In this document: piece by piece, positions 26,732-38,560 of the stretch
How positions within the stretch are numbered: the stretch's first letter is position 1
Layout of the letters: every line of letters begins with the position of its first letter
Assembly: GCA_964016885.1 (NCBI GenBank)
Contig: OZ024766.1
Location: 11,036,001 to 11,100,000, forward strand
Direction of reading: 5' to 3'
DNA length: 64,000 nt
DNA from: Eledone cirrhosa
Taxonomy: Eukaryota
The notes under the pieces: generated by a model
What the model saw: the letters and a program-made list of their open reading frames with translations, nothing else
The model's database searches: none
What the model was told of the DNA's origin: nothing
Made by a program: the position numbers and the translations under genes

Positions 26732-26818
26732 CTGTTTCTCAGCCATTTCCAGACATTTCTGCCACTGCCTGTTCTCAACATACATATCAAGGGCAGCTAT
26801 CATATCTACATTGGCCAG
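26732..26818 (-). CDS. IFT172: IFT172 exon: [29 protein letters not shown]
   Basis: CAG acceptor, GTAAG donor, 87 nt phase 0/0. Matches '[29 protein letters not shown]'. Confidence 0.92.
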
Positions 26819-26834
26819 CTGTATATAGAAAATG

Positions 26835-26868
<34 letters not shown>

Positions 26869-27051
26869 TCCATATATATATATAGATAGATAGATACATG
26901 TTTATATATGTTTATATAGATAGATAGATACATGTTTATATATATATAGATAGATACATGTATATATATATATAGATAGATAGATACATGTTTATATATG
27001 TTTATATATATATAGATAGATACATGTATATATATATATATATATAGATAG

Positions 27052-27083
<32 letters not shown>

Positions 27084-27089
27084 AGATAG

Positions 27090-27242
<153 letters not shown>

Positions 27243-27245
27243 TAC

Positions 27246-27291
<46 letters not shown>

Positions 27292-27327
27292 ACTAGAAAT
27301 TGATTGATATATATATATATATATATA

Positions 27328-27596
27328 TATTGTTATATTTGGGGAGGGTCATATTTGCGTAATATTGCCAGAATTAATAACAGAACACACTCACTGTTTG
27401 GTTGGTTTTCGCTTCTCGCTGTCTTTTATATCTGCGGTCTAACTTACTCGGTCCTCAATGTTGCCATTGACTGACCGACGGTCAAAAATAATACAGATAC
27501 AATATTACGCAAATATGACCCTCCCCAAATATAACAATATCTGTTTCGACACACGATTTCATATAAAAAACCTCGCAAAACTAATTCATCGCCGCT
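27328..27596. repeat. (TA)n-flanked element with ~40-bp inverted repeats and unique tail
   Basis: attgttatatttggggagggtcatatttgcgtaatattg vs caatattacgcaaatatgaccctccccaaatataacaat. Confidence 0.7.
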
Positions 27597-27759
27597 ATAT
27601 ATATATATATATATATATATATAGATAAATCTACCAAGAGTTTACCAATTCTAACACATATATGTCCTAGAAACGATCGTTAAATAATGAACTTTTTTTG
27701 TTTAATATAAGGAACTGTTTCATTGTTTTATTCATTATTTTTTTAACATTTTATATATA

Positions 27760-28150
27760 TATCATCATCATCATCATCATCAGGTTTAGCGTCCGTGTTC
27801 CACGCTTGCATGGGTTTGGACGGGGGTTTTCCCACTTGAGGCAAGAGTGGTTGTCTTGCTCGCATAGGACTGTCTGGCGGGTTTTCTACAGTTGGATGCC
27901 CTTCCTAACACCAACCACATTTACAGTGTGGGGCTGGGAGGTTTTTACCGTGTTGCCTACACGGCCACATTTACAGCGTGGACTGTGTGTTTTTTGTCGT
28001 GACACCTACACGATCTCATTTGTTTCGGCCTGGATGTTGTGGGACCAACATAACTTTACATTGAAAGGGGCGGTGTGGGTGGGGTGGAGGTGGTGGGACG
28101 GGGGTGTGTTTTGATAGAGATGCCTACTGACTGTAGTAGGTTTTTACTTT
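27760..28150 (-). mobile_element. Non-autonomous RTE-related element
   Basis: Matches 14005-14265 and abuts the RTE fragment ending at 28155. Confidence 0.7.
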
Positions 28151-28154
28151 GTAT

Positions 28155-29080
28155 TTAGGTAAGGCGGGTCTTCTCTATTACTGAGTACCGCCAAAGGTCT
28201 CGGTCCAGTGACATTGTCTTGGAGAGGTGTAAGCGTGTGAGGTCGGAATTTATCAGCTCGTCCCATGTTTTTCTGGGTCTGCCTACTCCGTGGCTACCGT
28301 CTATCTTTATTGCCCTGCACTTTGTTATACAGCTGTCGTCTTTCATGCGCATCACGTGACCGTACCAACGTAGCCTTCTCTCGAGTAAACAACATCTGAT
28401 CCCTCTTATTTCTAATTTTTTCCTTAGTTCGTTTATGCTTTGCCGTTCACGTATATTACTATTGCACATCCAGCGGAGCATGCAAGCTTCGTTCCTCTCT
28501 AGTCTGCGTATATCCTCTGCACACAATGCCCAGGTCTCACTGCCATGCAGCATTGCTGTTCGTATGCAGGCATCGTATAACCTGCCTTTCATTTTTAGGG
28601 AGAACCCTCTAGCGGCTAATAGTGGTATAAGCTCTCTGAACTTTTTCCATCCAGTTCTGACTCTAGCTACTGTACTTTCAGAGCACCCTCCCCCACTGCT
28701 GATTTTGTCACCCAGATAACGGAAGCTGTCCACTATTTCTATAGAACCCTCTGCGCAGTTGAAGGAGCTAGTATTTTGTGGGCACTTGCTGCTACTTATT
28801 GCACCAGAGCACCGGCCACATGTAAAATCTATGTTCTTAGTTAGCTTACCTGTGATCCCACTACATCTTTTATGCACCCATACTTTGCATTTGGGACATA
28901 AAATGGAGTTTCTACCTACGCCTTTCCTACACACTGAGCATGGCCATTTCCCCGATGGGACCGCCGCCTTATTTTCTTTCCTACAAACTAGAACTTTAGT
29001 CTTAGCCAGGTTAATTTTAAGGCCTTTTGATTCTAGGCCGTGCTTCCACGTTTGGAATTTCTTCTCTAGTTCGGTCATTG
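28155..29080 (-). mobile_element. 5'-truncated RTE/RTEX-like LINE, RT C-terminal part with PHD-like Cys cluster
   Basis: GLKINLAKTKVL, CSVC..C..C...HKRC...CGRC, FRYLG, RRLRWYGHVMR, GRPRKTW. Confidence 0.85.
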
Positions 29081-29316
29081 ATTCATATATATATAAAATA
29101 AACATATGAAACAATCACAGAGAATAATTTGTAAAAGTGTGTAAGCACACACAGCTAGGTAGGTAACTAATTAAAGTTTAACTAGAACTTTAAATATAGA
29201 TACCTTTTAAAATGATTAATCTTCCTTGTATATATTTCATTAAAGAAATATATATATATATAGGCATATATATATATATCCATATATATATATATATATA
29301 TATGTGTGTATATATA

Positions 29317-29655
29317 TCATCATCATCATCATTTTACGTCCGCTTTTTCCCTGCTTGCAAGGGTGAGACGGGAACTGATTCTGGCTTGATTTCTACAGCT
29401 GGATGCCCTTCCTAACCCCAACCTCATTTACAGTGAGTGCTGGGTGCTTTTTTGCCGTGGCACCTCCACGACCACTTTACAGTGGAATGATAGGGACCCC
29501 AGTCCCTATCATCTCATTTCTACAGCTGAGTAAACTGGAGCAATGTGAAATAAAGTGTCTTGCTCAAGGAAACAACACATCACCCGGTCTGAGAATTGAA
29601 CTCACAACCTTTCGATTGCAAGGCCAATGCTCTAACCACTAAGCCATGTGCTTCC
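29317..29655 (-). mobile_element. SINE family A copy
   Basis: Near-identical to the other copies. Confidence 0.85.
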
Positions 29656-29905
29656 ATATATATATATATATATAACGAAGGAAGTGTGGTAAGGAACCAA
29701 GTGAACCATAATGCACCAGAGTACTCAATACTTAGGGTAGTAGAGTGGGTAATAGGAAAAGGTTCAGGCTCCCGATGGCAGAGCTCAAGCTGTTTCGCCA
29801 GCTATTTCCGGTCCAAAAATAGTTGAAATGTGAAATCAAAGAAGATATGTAGAAATTTGTAAAATTCTGGGTAGATAAGGGGGAAAATCTAAAGCTAAAA
29901 CTCAC

Positions 29906-29969
29906 AGCATCCACTTTTCCCTGGGTCTTCATAGAATCCTTGTAACGTTCCTTCACGTATGACTCCAGC
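29906..29969 (-). CDS. IFT172: IFT172 exon: LESYVKERYKDSMKTQGKVDA
   Basis: TAG acceptor, GTGAG donor, 64 nt phase 2/0. Matches '[21 protein letters not shown]'. Confidence 0.88.
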
Positions 29970-30044
29970 CTAAAAAATAAGAACAAGGTAACTATTATTG
30001 ACCCTTTTGATACCAAGCCCACATGAAACCATACCTTCTTCATC

Positions 30045-30515
30045 ACAGTTTTACGTCCGTTCTTCCACGCTAGCATGGGTTAGACGGGTTGTCCTGTTGT
30101 GGGCAGTGTCCGGCCGGCTGACCTTGTCTTGCTCATACGGGAACTGATTCTGGCTTGATTTATACAGCTGGATGCCCTTCCTAACACCAATCTCATTTAC
30201 AGTGTGTGCTGGGTGTTTTTTTACTGTGGCACCTCCACGTTCACTTTACAGTGTGGGCTGGGTGCTTTTTTTGCCGTGGCACCTCCATGACCATTTTGCA
30301 GTGGGAGGGTGTGGGGGCATATTGTCTATATGTTTCAGTTTCGGCTTGTACCCGTGGGAGGTCGGTATTACTTCAGTATTACTGCATGATGCCAGAGGTC
30401 ACGATCGTGTGTCTTTGAGAGGTGTAATTGGGTAAGGTCGGCTTTAACACCTCATCCCAGGTCTTCTTGGGTCTCCCCACTCTGCGGTTTCCATCGACTT
30501 CTAGTGCTTTGCATC
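30045..30515 (-). mobile_element. RTE-related non-autonomous element plus LINE fragment
   Basis: Same aggaagggcatccag motif and ccatgctagcgtggaagacggacgtaaa tail; GRPKKTWDEV-encoding remnant near 30450-30500. Confidence 0.65.
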
Positions 30516-30534
30516 TTTTTTTTTTTTTTTTTGC

Positions 30535-31637
30535 TTCTATGATACAAAACCTTCCATCATAATTTTATGTAAGAACCTGTGTTAAGTTATGTTCTAAACA
30601 CCCCTGGTTCTATGATACAAAACTTTGTTTTAAAGTGTTTATATTTATCTAAAATCCTTTCATCATAATTTTATGTAAGAACCTTTGTTAAGTTATGTTC
30701 CAAACACTCCTGGTTCTATGATATAAAACTGTTTTAAAGTATTTATATATATCTAAAAACACTTCATTATAATTTTATCTAAGAACCTTTGTTAAGTTAT
30801 GTTCCAAACATCCCTGGTTCTATGATTCAAAGCTGTTTTAAAGTGTTTATATTTATCAAAAAACCTTTCATTGTAGAGGGTCGGACGCCATGCTTTGACG
30901 CATAGAGTTACGGCCCTTGCCATTCTGAGTTCAAATCCCGCCGAGGTTAACTTTGCCTTTCATCCTTACGGGGGTCGATAAAATAAAGTACCAGTAATAC
31001 ACCGGGGTAATTGCTGGCCTTGTGCTAAAAGTAGAAACAATTATAATTTTATGTAAGAACCTTTGTTAAGTTATGTTCCAAACACCATCTTAAAGTGTTT
31101 ATATTTATCTAAAAACCTTCCATCATAATTTAATGTAAGAACCTATGTTAAGTTATGTTCCAAACACCATATTAAAGTGTTTATATTTATCTAAAAACCT
31201 TCCATCATAATTTAAAGTAACCACCTTTGTTAAGTTATGTTCCAAACACCATATTAAAGTGTTTATATTTATCTAAAAACCTTCCATCATAATTTAATGT
31301 AAGAACCTTTGTTAAGTTATGTTCCAAACACCATCTTAAAGTGTTTATATTTATCTAAAAACCTTCCATCATAATTTAATGTAAGAACCTTTGTTAAGTT
31401 ATGTTCCAAACACCATCTTAAAGTGTTTATATTTATCTAAAAACCTTCCATCATAATTTAATGTAAGAGCCTTTGTTAAGTTATGTTCCAAACACCACTG
31501 GTTCTGATACAAAACTGCTTGTTTTAAAGTAAATATATTTATTTAAAAACCTTCCATCATAATTTTATGTAAGAACCTATGTTAAGTTATGTTCCAAACA
31601 CCATATTAAAGTGTTTATATTTATCTAAAAACCTTCC
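30535..31637. repeat. Second array of the same repeat family (~104- and ~82-bp units)
   Basis: Same unit core as 9575-10150; interrupted by SINE B. Confidence 0.85.
30873..31042 (+). mobile_element. tRNA-derived SINE family B, inserted in a satellite
   Basis: B box GAGTTCAAATC, then gaggttaactttgcctttcatcc...gtcgataaaataaagtaccag; shared with 37745 and 48541. Confidence 0.75.
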
Positions 31638-31678
31638 ACAACACAACCACTACCACCGACCCCCCCGCCAATACTTAC

Positions 31679-31788
31679 TGTAAGTCATGTTCTTGCACAA
31701 TGGTCTTGGCACTACTCCAGTCATTGGCCTTGATGTACATATCTATGGCTTCTTTGAACATGTCCACCTTGAGGTATAGTCCGGCTGC
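31679..31788 (-). CDS. IFT172: IFT172 exon: AAGLYLKVDMFKEAIDMYIKANDWSSAKTIVQEHDL(Q)
   Basis: TAG acceptor, GTAAGT donor, 110 nt phase 0/2. Matches '[28 protein letters not shown]'. Confidence 0.9.
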
Positions 31789-31819
31789 CTAGCAATGACA
31801 CAGATAGATAATAGATATA

Positions 31820-32305
31820 TTTCTTTATTAGCCACAGAAAGATATATTTCTTTATTAGCCACAGGGGCACAAAAGAAGGGGACAAATAGAAAGGGGGAAG
31901 TTTACATACAATAAAAACGTGTAAAATGTTATCACAGATGGAATTTAAAAGTTAGTCGATTTTCCCCAATAGAGGGAGACAGTTTATATGGGTAACACAG
32001 ACCCCCGAAAAAAATGTGCAACCCTCATCTCCAAGAGTACGAAGAGCTTGTACTCCTTTCCTCTCCTCCTCCTTTTCCTCAATCTACAGGCTGATATAGA
32101 GAGAAGGCCCATTCACTCGGGCCATTCTCACCACTTTCACCCACCTTTCATAAAACTTGCTGGGGTACAGCACCTCTCTCTCCATCCTGATTCTTCTTCC
32201 AAAGTGGTATTTGAAAAAAAGAATCAGTTGTTTGCCGGAGAGAAAGGTGTCTGACCTCAGCCCTTTCAACCTTGTCCACCATACAACCTCTTTCGCCATA
32301 GCTAT
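31820..32305 (-). mobile_element. 5'-truncated Tx1 copy
   Basis: KEVVWWTRLKGLRSDTFLSG...SLYISL peptide; duplicated AATAAAGAAAT tail; GATA flanks. Confidence 0.86.
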
Positions 32306-32374
32306 TAGCCACAGAAAGATAGATAGATAGATAGATATGTTTCTTCATTTATAAGATAGAAAAATAGATAGATT

Positions 32375-33178
32375 TAGACACATATACATCATTATATCAG
32401 AGCTGTAGGGGAGCATCCCAAAGGTCAGCTCAAAAGTGACACAGAGGAGACTGAGGTTAGCTGGACATGCTCACCGACATCCAGAGTTGACACTGCACTC
32501 AGTGCTCCTGTGGGAGCCCCTACATGGACACCCTGGGTTAGCTGGACATGCTCACCGACATCCAGAGTTGACATTGCACTCAGTGCTCCTGTGGGAGCCC
32601 CTACATGGACACCCTGGGTTAGCTGGACATGCTCACCGACATCCAGAGTTGACACTGCACTCAGTGCTCCTGTGGGAGCCCCTACATGGACACACTGGGT
32701 TAGCTGGACATGCTCACCGACATCCAGAGTTGACATTGCACTCAGTGCTCCTGTGGGAGCCCCTATATGGACACACTAGGTTAGCTGGACATGCTCACCA
32801 ACATCCAGAGTTGACACTGCACTCAGTGCTCCTGTGGGAGCCCCTACATGGACAGACTGAGTTAGCTGGACATGCTCACCAACATCCAGAGTTGACATTG
32901 CACTCAGTGCTCCTGTGGGAGCCCCTATATGGACACACTAGGTTAGCTGGACATGCTCACCAACATCCAGAGTTGACACTGCACTCAGTGCTCCTGTGGG
33001 AGCCCCTACATCGACACACTAGAAGAGGAAGACCAAGGTTAACGTATGTTGATGCCCTAAGGACAGACACTGGTCTGTTGGAGACGCAGGACATGGCAGC
33101 GATAATGAGGGACAGAGACCGCTGGAGAGAACTCGTCCATGGATCTCGGGAATTATACCCGCCTTAGATAGATAGATA
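32375..33178 (+). mobile_element. Different RTE-like LINE 3' fragment with seven in-frame 81-bp tandem repeats and a (TAGA)n tail
   Basis: QRRLRLAGH...VLLWEP...RRGRPRLTYVD peptide with a repeated 27-aa unit. Confidence 0.78.
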
Positions 33179-33179
33179 C

Positions 33180-33520
33180 ATCATTATCATCATCATCATC
33201 ATCATCATTTTACGTCCACTTTTCCCTGCTTGGAAGGGTGAGACGGGAACTGACTCTGGCTTGATTTCTACAGCTGGATGCCCTTCCTAACACAAACCTC
33301 ATTTACAGTGAGTGCTGGGTGCTTTTTTGCCGTGGCACATCCACGACCACTTTGCAGTGGAATGATATGGACCCCAGTCCCTATCATCTCATTTCTACAG
33401 CTGAGTAAACTGGAGCAATGTGAAATAAAGTGTCTTGCTCAAGGAAACAACACATCACCCGGTCTGAGAATTGAACTCACAACCTTTCGATTGCAAGGCC
33501 AATGCTCTAACCACTAAGCC
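33180..33520 (-). mobile_element. SINE family A copy
   Basis: Near-identical to the other copies. Confidence 0.85.
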
Positions 33521-33557
33521 AGGGTGGTTTTCTGCTAGTAATTATAATAATACTTAC

Positions 33558-33656
33558 CATACTGTATTTCTCCATTGTATTCAAGCGTCCAGATACATTG
33601 TCCACCACTTCTACTGACCGGTTGTGTCCTAAGAACTTTACAGCCAGATCTACAGC
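33558..33656 (-). CDS. IFT172: IFT172 exon: AVDLAVKFLGHNRSVEVVDNVSGRLNTMEKYSM
   Basis: TAG acceptor, GTAAGT donor, 99 nt phase 0/0. Matches 'AAELSIKFL...EVV'. Too short for the ORF track; translated by hand. Confidence 0.87.
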
Positions 33657-33695
33657 CTAGATAGATTGATAGATAGATAGATAGAGAGATAGATA

Positions 33696-34313
33696 AATTT
33701 CTTTATTAGCCACTAGGGCACAAAAGAAGGGGACAAATACAAATGGGGAGTTTACATACAGGTATATGAAATTAAAACTATTAATAAAATAACAAATAAC
33801 AATTGAAATCCCCAATAGAGGGGAGGCGTTACACAGAGGTTGTACACACCCCGAAAAAATGTACAACCCTCATCTACAGGAGCACCAAGAGTGAGTACTC
33901 CCTTCCTTTTTTTCCTCAACCTACAGGCTGATATAGAGAGAAGGCCCAACCACTCGGGCCATCTTTGCCACATTCACCCACCTTTCATAAAACTTGCTGG
34001 GGTACAGCACCTCTCTCTCCATCCTGATTCTTCTTCCAAAGTGGTATTTGAAAAAACGAATCAGTTGTTGGCCGGAGAGAAAGGTGTCTGAACTCAGCCC
34101 TTTTACCTCGTCCACCATATAACCTCTTTCACCATAGCTATCACACAAAGGAAAACCGCCTCTCCTTCGTTTTAGAAGGAGGGTGGCGGTTTGATCATAA
34201 CTATGGTCTCGGTGGTCAACTGGATTGGTCCCACCCGCGACAATAGTCGTTCTACATAGCCCCACAGGTCGGTAATGCCCCCCGGGCAGTGTACAAATGC
34301 GTGCGCGACGGTT
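33696..34313 (-). mobile_element. 5'-truncated Tx1 copy (ORF2 C-terminus + 3'UTR)
   Basis: FFKYHFGRRIRMEREVL...GPSLYISL peptide and 3' end AATAAAGAAAT; GATA/GACA repeats on both sides. Confidence 0.88.
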
Positions 34314-34412
34314 TAGATAGATAGCTAGAGACAGTTAGACAGACAGACAGACAGACAGATAGACAAATAGATGGACAGACAGACAGACAGACACCACCAC
34401 CCTAAAACTCAC

Positions 34413-34548
34413 CTTGTGCCAACATTTCATCATAATGTTCACGTCATCAGTGACCAGTTCGGTGACCCTGAGGTAACATTCGACAGCTCGAGTGAAGTCT
34501 TTGTTAGACTCCCACTCCCTGGCTTGCCTGATGATAGTCTCAATACCC
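34413..34548 (-). CDS. IFT172: IFT172 exon: GIETIIRQAREWESNKDFTRAVECYLRVTELVTDDVNIMMKCWHK
   Basis: tttCAG acceptor, GTGAG donor, 136 nt phase 2/0. Matches '[21 protein letters not shown]...KCWMK'. Confidence 0.9.
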
Positions 34549-34641
34549 CTGAAATACACACAACAGATATATAGATAGATAGATAGATAGATAGATATAA
34601 AACACACATGATAGATATATATATAATACACACAAATGTGT

Positions 34642-34705
<64 letters not shown>

Positions 34706-35222
34706 GATATATCTGCTAGACATGCAGTGACTAACAACAGAATGTTTTAAGCCTGCGTGTCTGACATATATGTGTAGCTTGTGAATAAAAAGTTCAAGGG
34801 GTGTCGCTGGCCATGGTGATCCCTCCCAAACATGTTTTGTAATGTATCGTCTTATTGGCTAATTTCATCGTCTTATTGGCTAATCAACCAATGAGAGTAA
34901 TTGTTGCTCAAAAGCATCCGCCATTTTGTTTGCACGTTTATTTATCGTTTCGCTTTCGAATGTTCCTTCTGTATTTCGTCGTTTTATCATAAAAATATTT
35001 TTCTCATTTTGGTAAATTATATTGTTAATTTATATATGATTTTTTTTATTTATATTAACTATTAAAAGTCTGAAAATATTTTTATACATCTTACAATAAT
35101 ATTTATAAGATCATTTATAAAATAACAATTATACAATCTAATTACATTACAATGATAATTTATTATTAATATATATCATGTTTAACTAGAGTTATTACAA
35201 GCGTTGCCTTAAAAAATATTAA

Positions 35223-35621
35223 ACTAGACCTGAAAAATGCGCAAGCTCAAAAGAAACACAGAATGTTATAATAAACCTTCAAAAGTGTGAGACTAGAGTT
35301 GTTGCTCAAAAATATTGTAATCATTATCTATCGTACACTCTGTGGCATCCTTTTATAAAAAAAGAGACTCATAACGAACTCAAGACGACACGATAATTAT
35401 TTAAGTGAATTTATAATATAGAATTCAGTTTAAGTGCATTTCGTATTAATCATTACTAAACATCTAATATGAGATATTGAACATTAGCTTAAATAATTAT
35501 TGTGTCGTCTCGAGTTCGTTATGAGTCTCTTTTTTATAAAAGGATGCCACAGAGTGTACAATAGATAGTTTATTATAACATTCTGTGGCTCTTTTGAGCT
35601 TGCGCATTTTTCAGGTCTAGT
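35223..35621. repeat. Imperfect foldback inverted repeat
   Basis: actagacctgaaaaatgcgcaagctcaaaag / cttttgagcttgcgcatttttcaggtctagt and a second nested arm pair. Confidence 0.75.
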
Positions 35622-35740
35622 ATATATATATACATATAACACACATGATATATATATATATATATATATATACAACACACACAATATATATATCATCATC
35701 ATCATCATCATTTTACGTCCGCTTTTCCCTGCTTGCAAGG

Positions 35741-35807
<67 letters not shown>

Positions 35808-36065
35808 ACACACACAATAGATATATATATATACAACACACACGATATATATATATATTTATATATACATATAACACACATGATATATATATATACAAAC
35901 ACACAATAGATATATATATATATATACAACACACACGATATATATATATATATATATCATCATCATCATCGTTTAACGGCAAGAACAACCACAATGACAA
36001 TAAGAATAAGGTCAACAACACAGACAATATCACTGATGCTGATGAGGTCAGTATAAGGTAGAAAC

Positions 36066-36175
36066 CTGGAGGACTTGCTCATCTGGGCCTGATCAAACTC
36101 TTCCTGTACAGTTGCTAGTTTATTGGGTAGATACTGCTGGCAAAGACGAAGGGCATCTTGCCACATTTCATGTTT
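36066..36175 (-). CDS. IFT172: IFT172 exon: [36 protein letters not shown](R)
   Basis: CAG acceptor, GT donor, 110 nt phase 0/2. Matches 'LWSDALRICKDYVPSQL'. Confidence 0.88.
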
Positions 36176-36259
36176 CTGTTGGGGAAGAAGAGAGAAAAAC
36201 AGACAGTAATATACTGGGGTTCAAGTACAAGCTGGGGCATATATATATATATATATATA

Positions 36260-36800
36260 ATAAGGACAGGATGGAAGAAGTTTTGGAAGCTGCTTCTTCT
36301 GTTGACAACAAAGGGTTTCTCCCTATGAACGAAAGGCCGGTTATATGATGCCTGTGTGAGATGCACGATGCTGTATGGTAGTGGGACATGGGCAGCAACT
36401 GCAGAGGATATGCGACGGCTGGAGAGAAATGAAGCAAGCATGCTCTGTTGGATGTGCAATGTCAATGTGATTGAACAACCGAGCATGGATGTGTTGAGAG
36501 AGAAACTGTGTTTAAGAGGGATAAGTTGTAGTGTGTGGGAGAGAAGACTGAGATGGTATGGACATGTGATGTGCATGGAGGATGCCCGCTGGGTAAAGAA
36601 GTGCCAAGAAACACCAGTAGAAGGAAGACGCAGTAGAGGAAGACCACGAAAAAGATGGGCGGAGGTGGTGAGAGCTGACCTCAGATCGCTGAAGCTCATG
36701 GAGGAGATGACGAAGGACCGTGACAAATGGAGAGATGCTGTGCTGAATAGGACCCATCCCACCCTTGCAAGTAGGGAAAAGCTGACATAAAATGATGATG
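36260..36800 (+). mobile_element. RTE-like LINE 3' fragment
   Basis: ORF 36356-36790 (RRLRWYGHV, RGRPRKRW) and (ATG)n tail. Confidence 0.85.
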
Positions 36801-36805
36801 ATATA

Positions 36806-37697
36806 CAGGGTGAGGACAATGTTTGTTTGCAATTTTCAACTGCTAATTTTATGCCAATTTTTTTTACTTCCGTTGTCACTCTTGTCTTCATAAAAACAGT
36901 GACTATATTTCCATTATTTATTTTCAGAATAATTGATTATGAATAATTTTGAACCTTCAAATTTGTGGAAGAGACACGGAGTTCTTCTTGGAATCCGCGC
37001 CGGGAGGACAAATAAGGACCAGAAGATCAACTCCCAGAACAACAGGTGGCTCGCTGTCTCATCCAAAGACGTGGCCAGAGTCATGCAGACAAAGTTTCCA
37101 TTGACAACATTGGTCTTAGGTGTCGTCAGCAGTCAAGGTGACGTCATGCCACCTCACTTCTTCCCTGAGGGCCTCAAGCTGAACACCGATGGCTACATCC
37201 ACGTTCTGAGCGAGGTAGTAAAGCCCGGGATCAACCAGGTAGCTGCAGGTAGGCCATACGTGTGGCAGCAAGACTCAGCGCCCTGCCATACCAGCCGAAA
37301 GACCCAAGCCTGGCTGTCAGAGAACTTCGTCGACCACACTTCACCTGACATCTGGCCTCCCAGCTCGCCTGACTGCAACCCCCTCGACTTCTTTGTGTGG
37401 GGTGCAGTGGAATGAGACACCAACAGATCTAGCTGCAATAAAAAGTCGATCTGAATGCCAGGATCACAAGTGTCTTTAGGGGTCTAAGTCAGGGGACAGT
37501 GACGAAGGCCTGTAGCCGGTTCCGAGGCCGCCTTGAGGCCGTCATCAAAGCCAATGGCGGATTTATCGAGTGAGATCGAAAGAACAAGTCATGAAGACAA
37601 ACTGACCCAAGTTTGATAAATAAATCTTAAAAACTAAAACTACTGTGTTACTTTTTCCTAGACAGTAATCTTGCGAACAAATATCGTCCGCACCCTG
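36806..37697 (+). mobile_element. Internally deleted Tc1/mariner-superfamily transposon, DD37D (maT-like)
   Basis: Imperfect TIRs CAGGGTGAGGACAATGTTTGTTTGCAA / TTGCGAACAAATATCGTCCGCACCCTG, TA on both sides. QQDSAPCH...WPPSSPDCNPLD has 37 residues between the catalytic Ds; a premature stop follows. Confidence 0.87.
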
Positions 37698-37744
37698 TAT
37701 ATATATAGATATATATATACTTATATATATATATATATATAATA

Positions 37745-37931
37745 TTTGTTTCTACTTTAGGCACAAGGCCAGCAATTACCCAGTTCATTACTGGTACTTT
37801 ATTTTATCGACCCCGTAAGGATGAAAGGCAAAGTTAACCTCGGTGGGATTTGAACTCAGATCGTAAAGGGACGTAACTATGCTGGAAAGCATGGCGTCCG
37901 ACCCTCTACCGATACTGCCAATCCACCGCCG
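37745..37931 (-). mobile_element. SINE family B copy
   Basis: Reverse complement of the family B body, with A box TGGCAGTATCGG. Confidence 0.78.
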
Positions 37932-38168
37932 TTATATATAATATTGAGAGAGAAACTGTGTATAAGAGGGATAAACTGTAGTGTGCAAGAGAGAAGACTG
38001 CGATGGTATGGACATGTGATACTCTGTGTGTGTGTGTATATGTGTGTGTATATGTGTGTGTACATGTATGTGTATATGTGTATGTCTATGTCTATATTTA
38101 TACAGGCAGATGAAAGAAAATCCAAGCAATAAGGACAAGGTTGCAATGCAACATAACTTAAAACCTAC

Positions 38169-38349
38169 CTTATAGAAAGCAATGGCCTTTTCAGGCTGAT
38201 GAGCCCTCAGTAGGAGAGACTCTGCTCTAGTGAAATCTTCCTCCTGGAAGGCAATCTGGGCCTGACCCACGAGTACCTCTGTCACCAGGTCGGGGTCATG
38301 GGTTTCAGCAATACGCAGGGCAGAGTCCCAGTCTTTGTTATGCATGTAC
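38169..38349 (-). CDS. IFT172: IFT172 exon: YMHNKDWDSALRIAETHDPDLVTEVLVGQAQIAFQEEDFTRAESLLLRAHQPEKAIAFYK
   Basis: TGCAG acceptor, GTAGGT donor, 181 nt phase 2/0. Matches '[28 protein letters not shown]'. Confidence 0.93.
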
Positions 38350-38529
38350 CTGCAGGATATATATATATATATATATATATGATGATGGTGATATATATAT
38401 ATATACACACATATATATACACATCATCATCATCATCATCATTATCTTCGTTTAACGTCCATTTTCCACACTAGCATGGGTTAGACATATATATATATAT
38501 AATATATACACAAACACACATATATACAT

Positions 38530-38560
<31 letters not shown>

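Noticed and set aside
27661-27690. GAAACGATCGTT, the 3' half of a possible hammerhead
   Set aside because: The 5' core and helix II are missing.
36039-36072. CTGATGA...GAAA near the exon donor as a hammerhead
   Set aside because: No helix II or helix I pairing; overlaps the splice donor; probably chance.
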